From: Rhizaria sp. SCN 62-66
Taxonomy: Eukaryota
DNA: 32,551 bases
Direction of reading: 5' to 3'
NCBI GenBank assembly: GCA_001724265.1
Contig: MEDY01000094.1
Span: 62,001 to 94,551, forward strand
The position numbers were made by a program, and so were the translations under genes. The notes beneath the pieces are model-generated. The model was not told the DNA's origin. It did no database searches and worked only from the letters and a program-made list of their open reading frames with translations. Positions 22,252 through 32,485 of the stretch are shown here, piece after piece (position 1 is the first letter of the stretch; every line of letters begins with the position of its first letter).

Positions 22252-24026
22252 ATGAGTGAGGCCGTCGTGCCGGTCACCGCTATTGCGCCGCCCGCACATA
22301 GTACGTCTCTGCTTCCGCCTCCTTTCCGCTCTGATATCAATATGGTCTTCCGGTTCGCTGATTCGGGCAGCCGCAAGCTCGTCTCTTCCCCGCGCCTTTC
22401 CTGCACCGCACCCGCCTCTTGCCACGTCTGTTCACTTTGTTTCCCCGCTTGATTACCCTCTTTTACGTATTTTCCCCCTACTCCCGTCCAGTCTCCGGTG
22501 GTGATGTGGACTTGAAGTGTACGTGATTGTGCTTGCCCCGTGCTCATTCTTCGCCTCTGCCACTGCCAACTTCCTTGTCCTTGTCTCCCGCGCCCGTATC
22601 TCTATTTCGCTCACTTCCTCTTTTTGCATATTATTTCTCCCTCTTTTTGTGTTGTGTTTTTTTCTTTGTGCTTCCCCACAGCCTGGCAGCAGAGTGCCCA
22701 GGCCGCTCCCGCTGACTCTAACCTGATCGTCAACTACCTGCCCCCGAACATGACCGACGACGAGCTCCTCGCCATGTTCTCCGCCTTCGGCACCGTGCTG
22801 CACCACAAGATCGTCAAGGATCTCGAGTCCAACCGCTCCATGGGCTACGGCTTCATCCAGTTCGACTCGGCCGCCTCCGCCTCGGCTGCCCAGGCCGCGC
22901 TCAACGGCCAGCGCATGGGCGACAAGAGCCTCAAGGTCTCTCTCGCGCGCCCCTCGTCGCAGGACATCAAGCGCTCGAACCTGTACGTCGTCTCGCTGCC
23001 GCTGACGTGGCAGAAGGAGGACCTGGTCAACCTCTTCTCGCAGTACGGCACGGTGATCGAGGCGCGCATCCTGCTCGACCCCGCCACGCAGCAGTCGCGC
23101 GGCGTCGGCTTCTGCCGCCTCGACTCGCACCGCGCGGCGCTCAACGCCATCAGCAACCTTAACGGCACCACGCCGCCCGGCGCGCAGACCAAGATCACCA
23201 TCAAGCTGGCTGACAACCCCAACTACACGCGCAAGGCGCACCACCACAGCGGCGGCGGCCACGGCGGCCGCGGCGGCATGGACCACCACGGCCACGGTCA
23301 CGGTCACGGCCACCACGGCGGCCACAGCGCGCACGGGGGCCACCACGGCGGCCACAGCGGCCACCACGGCGGGCACATGGGCGGCCACGGCGGGAACCGT
23401 CATCACGGCGGCCACGGCGGCGACCGCGCCCACCACGGCGGCGGCCACCAGTACGCGATGCAGCAGCAGCAGCAACAGGCCCAGGCCCAGCAGCAGGCGC
23501 AGCAGCAGGCCCAGGCCGCGGCCGCCGCTCTCAACGGCGGCTACGGCGGCTACGGCAAGCACGACGTCAATGCCGCCGCCGCCGCCTACCTCAGCATGGG
23601 ACAGGTATGTCGTCTCATTGCGCAAATCAAACGACCAATGCTTTGCTTGTTAGATTTACAGACCTGTGTGAGATGTATGAGAATGTTGTGTGAAACGGAT
23701 ATAATCCAAAATTATGACAAATCTCTCACGTATCTATTTATTTTTTTGTTCACTTGTTTTTGCACGTTGCTTGCCGCAGGTCTACGGCCAGCACCCCGGC
23801 GCGGCCAACGCGTTCCTGCCGTCATTCGTGATGCAGGGTGGGCAGTATCCGCCGCAGGCCGGCATGGCGCTGCCGCCCGGGCTCGACACGGCCGCCACAT
23901 ACCGCGCCGCCGCCGTCGCCGCGCAGCAGGCGCAGGCGCAGGCCGCCGCCGCCGCCGCCGCCGCTGCCGCTGCCGCGGGCTCCAAGGGCGACCAGCAGAG
24001 CCAGGGCGACGACGGCAGCCAGGACC

Positions 24027-24059
<33 letters not shown>

Positions 24060-24394
24060 ACGCCGCGGTCGTGGCCGCGTACGCCGCGCACCAGCAGGCC
24101 GCCGCCGCCAGCGCGGCCCCACAGCAGCAGCAGCAGCAGCAGCAGCAGTTTCAGGGCGTGTGCCTGTTCGTATACCACCTGCCGCTGGACGCGACGGACG
24201 AGACGCTGTTCCAGATCTTCTCGCCCTACGCGACCGTGTGCTCGACCAAGGTGATGAAGGACCTCCGCTCGGGTCGCTCCAAGGGCTTCGGCTTCGTCAA
24301 CGTGCTCACCGAGCAGGACGGCGAGAACGCGATCCAGCACCTCAACGGCTTCAAGCTGGGCGCCAAGTACATCAAGATCTCGTTCAAGAAGTAA
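22252..24394 (+). CDS. elav: ELAV/Hu-family RNA-binding protein (3 RRMs), ~537 aa, 4 exons: join(22252..22300,22492..22518,22682..23604,23780..24394)
   Basis: RRM1 SNLIVNYLPPNMT..SMGYGF..KVSLARPSS, RRM2 IKRSNLYV..SRGVGF..NGTTPPG..ITIKLADNP, a hinge, then RRM3 CLFVYHL..SKGFGFVN..LNGFKLG..ISFK. This order and these signatures are typical of HuR/ELAV. Three GT-AG introns keep the frame. Confidence 0.9.
22301..22491 (+). other. Spliceosomal intron (191 nt)
   Basis: GTACGT donor, pyrimidine tract, TCCAG acceptor, phase 1. Confidence 0.7.
22519..22681 (+). other. Spliceosomal intron (163 nt)
   Basis: GTACGT donor, T-rich tract, CCACAG acceptor, phase 1. Confidence 0.75.
23605..23779 (+). other. 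Spliceosomal intron (175 nt)
   Basis: CAG|GTATGT donor and CGCAG acceptor link the hinge to the RRM3 exon in frame. Confidence 0.9.
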
Positions 24395-27300
24395 GGGGAA
24401 CGAGATGGAACGTCCTCAGGTATTGTGGTGTGCCAAAAATATGATGATTTCTCGAAGTTAAGATGGAAATGCTTAAAGGAATTGAGTGAAAGGAAACAAC
24501 TTGGAATGAATGGTGTTCTGATCTTTTGTTAAGTTAAGTTTCAGTTTATCCACACAAACTAAAACCAAGCTGAGAATGAATGAAGTCAATAACGGGACTA
24601 AAACTGGAAAGCTAAAGAATGTTCAGTATTGGAATCAAGCAAAACAAGCAAACAAACAAAAAAAACGAGATCTTTCTTCCGAGTTCTCGTTCTGGTTCTT
24701 ATTTTGCAGCCTCAGCGACATCGTTGTTTTGTTCTATAGCTTCAAAGTGACATCTGTGTAGGGCTCTTTTTTACACTTCGCTGTCTCAATCAGTCACACT
24801 CATTTGCCGGCTTGATTGACTGCGTTTGCTCATCACTGCGGCTATAACGACAACAACAACGACTGTCGCTGCTGTTCTGTTCTTTTTTTATCTTTGCTTT
24901 GCTTTGCTTTGCTTGATGTCTGTGTCTCTTTCGTTGTGTTACGAGCGCGTTCGCTAGAGTGTACAGTACTATTGCTCAAGTCTGACTTGACTCTATTCCC
25001 CTAATCTAGCTCCCGCTCCAACTCTGGCTCTCATTACTGAGGGCCTTAAGCTGTAAACGAGACTGTGGCTATGAACAGACGTGTGTATTGACGTTGCTTT
25101 GTTTTTCAGGCGCTCAGAGAGAGATGATAGCGCAGTCGTTGCGCTGTTTTCTGCTCTCTTTAGACCGCTCGACTCACAACAACATTTGTTGCACACAACA
25201 ACATGACTCTGTATTTGCTACACTGTGATGTTTGCACTCTCTGACTCTGTTCGTGACCCACGGTCTCTCGGCCAACAACGTCTCCTTCTCTTTCACTCTC
25301 TTCTCTTGCTCTCTCGCCCTCGTCCTCGTTGATCTCTCTGTTTCTCTTTCTGTCTTGTCTGCAGCAACGCTCTCTAGCTCTTCTATTGCTTTTGCTTTGC
25401 TTTCTCTCTTTCTCTCTCTAGCTCTTGCTCTTGCTTTCTTGCTTTCTGTTCGTCTCGTTTCTTTCTTTATATCTTCCTCTTTTTCATCGTTCTCTCTTGC
25501 TATCTCGCCCTTACCGTCTTTATCTCCTGTGCCTGTGTTGATGCTGCTGCTGCCGACGCTGCCGTTGATGTCGCTGCTGCCCGCTCCTCGCTCGCTCGTC
25601 TTCTTCATTTCCGTAGCCAACCAACCAACATCTCTCCGTGCTTACGTGCTTACGTGTGCGTCACCAGTCTCTCTAAAGCCGATTATTCTCAACTACTACT
25701 ACTACTACTACTAAGAGTTGGCACAGAGTCGCAATTCTTAATCCTCGTCTGTATGTCGTCATCGTTGGTGTCAACAACACCTACCTCATCGTCACAAAGT
25801 GTTATGCGTTAAACCAATCAATTCAATCCCTCCTTCTCTCTCTCACCGATCCATCCATCAATACTATCAGTATCGTTCAATCACCAGTCAAGCCAGTCTA
25901 TCAATCTATCTCTATCGATCAATCAATCATTCAACCTAAACTGTAGTCATATTCGTAGTATAGCCTGTTTTGTTGTTGCTGTCGTCATCGCCGTCATCAT
26001 TGTAGTTGTTGTGTCCTTATTGCTTTTTTTTCTTCTTGTAGTTGCTGTTATTGTTCTTGTGTCTAATTATGTCTGAACCGCGGTCACATGTGACACCTGT
26101 AGAGTGTGAGTGCATCGCTCCTACGGTCGTTGTCGCTGTTACTGTCGTAGCTGCACTTGTATCAGTCGTGTACGTTATATCGTACTACCAAAAGAAGAAA
26201 CAGAATCGTTGAGAACTGACTCTGTCCCGAACGAATAATGACAGTGTTCGTGTGTGAGTGTTTGGCGTCGCATCTGTGTGTTTCTGTTGTCGACAGTGTG
26301 AAGTGGTTTCAGAGTCTGCTGATGTTGATATGCAGCCGCTCACAATCACTTCATATTGTCCAGAGTTTCACCACAGTCGTATCGACACCTGTCTGCGCTC
26401 TCGCACTCGTTCTCACTCTCTTTTTTGTACACGGCTTTTACACAGCGCGCTCTCTCCCTCACTGTTGTTACTGAGCAGTATATGTGTGCGTGTGTGTTTG
26501 TGTGTATGTTTGAGTTTGTGTGAGTATGTTAGTCGAAGTAATACGCCTTTTCTTAGTTTATGGAAGCAGCAGCATGGCTCGCGCGTCTGGCGACGCCTCG
26601 CGGCTGTCGCCGACCAGACCATACAGCAGCTGCATATAACTTTACAGTTACTCCGACTAAAACACGTACAACACAGCTGATGACGCGCACAAACGTGTGT
26701 TCCCCTCTCGTGGCAGTACTCATAAGTCTCAAACAATGACACAAACGCGACTCAATGCAAGATCATTAGCTTACTGATGCAACGCAGCGTAGCGCAGCGC
26801 AATTTGAGCACAATGGAAACGCAACACTTTTCATATCTCGCCGCCTCAGTCATGTTCACAACCTAGTATCTTTTGCGTTGCGCCGTCACAGCCTCTGCCA
26901 CAGCTACGGCCACACTCGTCCGCATTCGCACTCGCGGTCTTTTTACAGATTCATGTTTGCTTTTTTCATTAACTTTTCCTCTTTCTTCTGACAACTTCTT
27001 CGTTCGCAATCTTCCCCTTTCGCCCGCCCTCTTGTTCTTAAACTGGCCTATTTTGCTCTCTGTCTTCTTGCTCGACTTCGTCGATCTATGTGTTTCTGTT
27101 TTGCTTTGTGTTTTATTTTTTATTGATTGCTTCGCGTTTGTGTTGTTGCCGACAATGTTTTCGTTAGTAGTCCATACTTACTCGCTGCAATTTACTTTCT
27201 GTGTCTGCGTGTGCATCTTTGAGTGAGTCTTATTCCGTTGGTTTGCGTGATTCTCAACTTTTGTTGTTACGCTGCGACATATCACTTATTCCGTATGCGC

Positions 27301-28030
27301 ACACTTGCACTTGCACTTCATTTGTAATGCGAAACTCAAACTATTTTTACTAGTTCATCTGTGTTTCATTGATAACATCCCTGAAAACTTTGCTCTCTTC
27401 TCGCTCGCTATCCACAGAAACAATAGCTGTAACACAACAAACAACCGAATCCCAACTGAATTGTCGCGAACTCTCTGTGTTGATGTTGTTGTCGTTGATA
27501 ATAATGATGTTGTGTTTGTCGCACTTCTTACTTGTTTGCTTCTTCTCGTGTGCGTTGTTGTTGTTGTTTTTCTGCTCGTTTTTTCCCGTGCGTCTCATTT
27601 CATTTGTAAGCTTATATTGTGTCACCACGCGTTTCTCTGTGGCTACTGATGTCGTCTGTTGCCATTGTCGCTGTTCATGTTGCTGTCGACATTGCTGCAG
27701 TTGTTGCTCCTCAGTGCTACTTGCTATTTGACTCCTAACGCGTGCTGCTGTTGGTCTCTCTATTCGCTCTTTCTTTCTTTGTCATCGTCGTCGTCGTCAT
27801 TCTCCCGCTAGCGCTTCTGTTGTTGTCGCTGTACTTCGTCCTATTATCTTCCCCCGTTTCTCGTCCGCTGTTCAACTATCTCCCGCTGTGTCTCTAAACC
27901 TTCCCTGTCTGTTAGTAGTATAATTTGTCGACTCTCTCCCCCCAAACTCTCTCCTTCACGTTCTTTTGTGTTGTCTGTTTGTTTGTTTTTTTGACATTTG
28001 CACGCGCGCATGCTCTGGAGTGACTTTTAT
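24395..28030 (+). other. Long T-rich non-coding tract, probable extended 3' UTR of the ELAV gene
   Basis: About 3.6 kb with plus-strand T/pyrimidine skew (TTGC, TTG, CT and TG runs) and no GC-rich coding segment. The end point is uncertain. Confidence 0.5.
25692..25712. repeat. (ACT)7 microsatellite
   Basis: Read directly from the sequence. Confidence 0.9.
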
Positions 28031-28542
28031 GTTCACGGTCACTTTTAGTCTCATCATCGCTGTCTCCGCCTCTGTCACTGTCAATGTCGTTGTCATTGCT
28101 GCGGTCGTGACTGATATTGGCGTTCTTCTCATTACTTTTTTTTAATCACGTAACAGATTGTGTGTACTCGCTTCGATCTCGCTCGCTTTGCTGCCGCTGC
28201 AGTGCGTGACAACAGTGCGCACCTAAGTCACATGGCCTGCAGCTCCGTCCACACGGCTATGTTGCGTGACGACGGCGGTGCCGTGTGGGAGAGACTTTCG
28301 GATCAAATATTATGCGTGGTTTGCGTGTTACCTGACTTATTGTTTTGATATACACAAACATTGCTAAAAAATACTCCCGGATTAGGCTCACCTGCTTGTT
28401 TAGCTGACACATTCCTCGAAATGTCACTTAGTCTACAGCAACAACTACGCGTGTGGTAGGTTGTGGAGGCGTAGGGACTGCCTTTTGAAGGCCAGCTTAA
28501 ACTCGCTCTATCGACATATATTCATCGTCAAATCTGTATCTC

Positions 28543-28717
28543 GTATGTTTTTCCTGTAAGACTTTCTTGTTTTTCTGTTCTTTTTAATTGCAACAATGAT
28601 TCTTGTTACATGTCAATCATATAATGTCCGTTTCTATTGGCAATTGGGTCTGTTCATTGTGAATCTCTGCCTCGCGCAACTCACACTTCTGCCCAGCCCC
28701 ACTATGACCCGTTGCAG
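28543..28717 (+). other. Probable 5'-UTR intron (175 nt) of the Frizzled-CRD gene
   Basis: GTATGT donor, T-rich body, TTGCAG acceptor. Length is within the range of the CDS introns. Confidence 0.45.
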
Positions 28718-28816
28718 CTTCTGCTAGCACTACTGCTGCTTTTTATCAACTTTTAACAATGTACTTTTGTTCTCTTCTTCCTGCCCCGCCCCATCCTGCG
28801 CGCGCAAAGCCGTGCA

Positions 28817-29839
28817 ATGCGCTGGTCGCTGATGCTCGCAGCCGCCCTTGCGGTATCTCTCTCGCACCTCCCCACGGCGCTCGGCGTCGCCACCTGCGTC
28901 GCCCCACCCACCACGCTGACCAACTGCCAGAAGTACGTCACCTACGACATCATCGACACGCTCAACACCACGGCTGCGGACGCCGATGCCGTCGCCACCG
29001 CGGTTCCGCTACCCAACTGCATGTACTTCGGCCTGCTTGAGTACCAGTGCCAGAAGAACTTCCCCCGCTGCGTCCCGGGCGTCGACGCCAGCACGTCCGC
29101 CACCGAGCTCCTGCTCTGCAAGTCCGTCTGCGAGGCCGGGCGCACGTGGTCGTTCCAGGGCGCAACGTGCTCGGCGACGCTGTTCAACATGGACGCCGAG
29201 TGCGGCAACACTGCCGCCTTCTACGACGGCGCGCCGCCAGACTGCACTAAGGTTGTCATCAGCGAGATCTCCAACAGCACGCCCGCAGCGTGGAAGTGGG
29301 CGCTTGTCGGCATTGCGTGCGCGATCGGTGTGGCGATCCTGGTCTACATGATCGTCAAATGCTGCCAGAGGTCGCGCGTGTCCCCCGAGCTCACCGACGA
29401 CGACATCGAGCGCCCGTTCGAGCACGAGACGGCTTACAAGAAGAAGATGGAGAAGCGCGCGCAGGGCGAAGCGAAGCAGCGCGAGGAAGAAGCGCGCCGC
29501 CGCCGGATGGAGGCCAAGCGCAACGATATCAAGAACTACAAGGAGGCCCACAGTCTGGAGAACAGCGAGAACAAAACCACCACTGCGGGCAACGGCACCG
29601 ACACGAACGAGGACGGCACGGCCTCGGCGCGCGCGAGCAGCCGCCGCCGCCCGCGCTCCAGCGGCCACAGCCAGAACCGCGCTCACAACCACGGCCACGG
29701 CCACGGCCACGAAGACAACCACGGCGACAGCGGCCACGGCGGCAGTGGCCACGGTCAGGGCCAGGAGGAGCACGAGGACGGCGCTGGCGCTGGCGCCGGG
29801 ACCAGCGTCGAGATGACTGTGCCCAACCCCCCCGTTTAA
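28817..29839 (+). CDS. Single-pass membrane protein with a Frizzled-type cysteine-rich domain, 340 aa
   Basis: Signal peptide, then a 10-Cys ectodomain with YQCQKNFPRC and LCKSVCE (Fz-CRD pattern), a TM helix WALVGIACAIGVAILVYMIV followed by KCC, a charged helix and a His/Gly-rich tail. Confidence 0.75.
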   Translation: MRWSLMLAAALAVSLSHLPTALGVATCVAPPTTLTNCQKYVTYDIIDTLNTTAADADAVATAVPLPNCMYFGLLEYQCQKNFPRCVPGVDASTSATELLLCKSVCEAGRTWSFQGATCSATLFNMDAECGNTAAFYDGAPPDCTKVVISEISNSTPAAWKWALVGIACAIGVAILVYMIVKCCQRSRVSPELTDDDIERPFEHETAYKKKMEKRAQGEAKQREEEARRRRMEAKRNDIKNYKEAHSLENSENKTTTAGNGTDTNEDGTASARASSRRRPRSSGHSQNRAHNHGHGHGHEDNHGDSGHGGSGHGQGQEEHEDGAGAGAGTSVEMTVPNPPV

Positions 29840-31046
29840 ACACCCGAGTCTGTTCGTTCCTTATCTCTGTTTTGCTCCGTGATGGTGACGCAATTACGAG
29901 TGTTGTTATGCTTGCGCTTTGCTGCACTAGACAATTATTGTTGTTGTTGTAACTTGCTTCTCTGTGCTTGAGAACTGTTTTCGATCAAATTATGTGTGTG
30001 TATGTGTATGATTAATTCTGCAACCTAAATTCTTTTTGTATGTCAAGATATAGCGCGACAGTCACTCAGGCAGTCAGTGTTTTTAAGTGTGGAAGTGTGA
30101 GTGTGATGAGACCGAGACAGCAACAACAGCAGCAGTATCTTCTTGTTCTTGAAGATATGATTGCTCGCAACCTTGTTGCTGTTTATAGATACTTTTTGCT
30201 CTGCGCATGATCACAAGTCAAATTAGAGAAGATCTGTTTGTTAGCTTCACTGGTGACGACAGTAGCGTTGATACTGCTGTCTTCATCACTCTGATCTAGT
30301 ATAGCTTTTACTCGCGCTGTTCGGTTGCTATGACGGAGATTGTAGTTGTGTTAACTACTTTTCCAAATAGTTTTGATTATTTGTGTATGTAATACTTTAG
30401 CGATATTATTTTTAATAAGCTCCTGGCAGTCTTTATCTTGTTTTTTGGTGCCACTCACATGCACTACTGCCATCTCAATACATTTGTATGTACTTCATTC
30501 CACACTCGGCAAAATTACGATATAACACTGTACACGTTTCATCTAATAAGCACTGCAAGCCTCTCACCAAGAGGTCTTGATTTCATGTCGCAGGAGCTCA
30601 GATAAGTACCCGGAAGCAAATTTGTGGTCGAAGTGTTGAAACTGCTGCGTTTGCCTAGGCTGGCCACACGATCGAGACGACAAATGGGTTCACTTCGCAC
30701 CTGATTCTCTCGCTACTTTCATCATGAAAGAGAATAGAGTTGCTGATTTGGGATGTTCTGTGGCGTAAATATAACTATATATTTGAAAAACCGTCAGAAA
30801 ATGCGACATATGTCTCCCCACATCTTGCCTAAACTCCAGCGACGTCGCTCACTAATTCACCTTGTGCTTTCTGTTTCCTTGTGCTCCGTACCTTCGCTCC
30901 CAGCCTCTTTAAGCTTCACATTGGAGCCCAGCACGTCCTTTTCTTTGTGATTATCCGCTGCTGCCGCTGCCGCTACAGCTGCTGCTCTTCCTTCCGTGAA
31001 GACGAAGAATTCCTCAACGACGACTAGAACAAGGACGACAACGACG

Positions 31047-32219
31047 ATGCCCTCCTTTTCGCTCTCCCCGAGCGTCCGCGTGTTCGCCACGGCCCTCATC
31101 CTTGCGCTCTCTTGCGCCACGAGCTTTGTCTCCGCCGTGTCTGACGACGCGTGCGTGCTCACGACCAAGTCCGCGACCTACAACCTGGCCGCACTGTCGG
31201 GCGAGGCTGTGGCCAACCGCGCCAGCGACCGCGACCCGAGGCGCACGGAGTTCCTCTACGCCTGGTCTGTGTGCCACGACGTCGCTATCAGCACCCTGCC
31301 CAACGTCAACAAATTCTCGAAAAGTAGTGCGACGCTGTGCAAGGACAAGACGGGTGCCGCCTTCCAGGTGACGGGCGTGAAGACCGAAGGGGACACCGAC
31401 AACCAGACCTGCAAGGTATTGGGAACCAAGGCGGAGATGGCGCTGTCGCAGCTCGTCGACGGCACGGCCACGGGTGTCACCGTCAAGTACTCCGGTGGTG
31501 AGAGCTGCGGCGGGGCTGCGGGCGGCAATACCTTCTCTGTTCACTACCACTGCAACCAGTTCGTGAACTCCGACCTCGCCATCGGCACTGTGCTTGAGAA
31601 GACCACATGCGACTATCACGTCAACGTGCAGTCTGTCTATGGCTGCCCCACGCAGTGCTACTCCGCCGCCGGCACGGCCGCAGGCAAGGAGCCCGAGGTC
31701 TGCGGCGGCCACGGCATCTGCTCCGTGGACCCCGTGCTCGACGCCGCGCGCTGCTACTGCAACGACGGCTACCGCGGCCCTTACTGCACTTGTACGTGAA
31801 CAAACACTCATACGTTGTCAATGAAACGATGTCATTGCGCATGTCTAATCCGATTAAAACCTTATTACTTTTCAACTTGCTTCTTGTTTATCTCACTCTC
31901 GAGCTCTGCTATTGTGTTTTCTCTTTGCTTTCCGTCTCTTTCTGACCTCATCTGACGTACAGCGCGCGTTGAGGCGCTGACGAGCGCGACCCCGGTGCTG
32001 ATGGGCCTTGTCGTCACCCTGCTGCTGATGCTCATGGGCGCGATCGCGCTGCTGGTGCAGCGTACGCGCAAGCTCACATCGCCGCAGCACCTCGACTACG
32101 CGCACATGGACGACGACGGCACGCTCGCAGTGCCCGCGGGCATCAACTCGACCGAGCCCGCCGCGCCGGCACCCAAGGCCCCCCGCGGGATGGGCAGCTC
32201 CATCAGCATCGACCTCTAA
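31047..32219 (+). CDS. Type I membrane protein with mannose-6-phosphate receptor homology (MRH) domain and EGF-like domain, ~333 aa: join(31047..31791,31963..32219)
   Basis: Signal peptide; MRH pattern C..YNLAAL..YAWSVC..C..FQ..CKVLG..VKYSGGESC..C..E..CDY..SVYGCP; EGF-like CGGHGIC..CYCNDGYRGPYC; TM helix; tail with YAHM (YxxPhi). Confidence 0.82.
31792..31962 (+). other. Spliceosomal intron (171 nt)
   Basis: GTACGT donor, CTGAC branch-like sites, TACAG acceptor. Joins the EGF exon to the TM exon in frame. Confidence 0.85.
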
Positions 32220-32485
32220 GTTGTGCACTGTGTGAGAGCAACAGACCCCGGCAGAAAAGAACAACAAATATTGAAATATGTATGATGGAGATTACATGTT
32301 TTGATTATGACTATAGAGTATTATGTATCAGTAAAAAACTAAAATAATAAAAATAACGACGACAATTCATAAGAACCAATTGATTATTTCGTCAAGTTTA
32401 ACCGAGCCACACCTCGTCTCATTGACGTTGCAGAGATCTCTTCCAAAAGCAATACCCCTGATGTAGAGGTTTATGGAAAAACGTG

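Noticed and set aside
25174-27731. Hydrophobic or Lys/Glu-rich ORFs within the T-rich tract (for example 25232-25714)
   Set aside because: They are translations of CT/TG low-complexity sequence, with composition unlike any true exon here.
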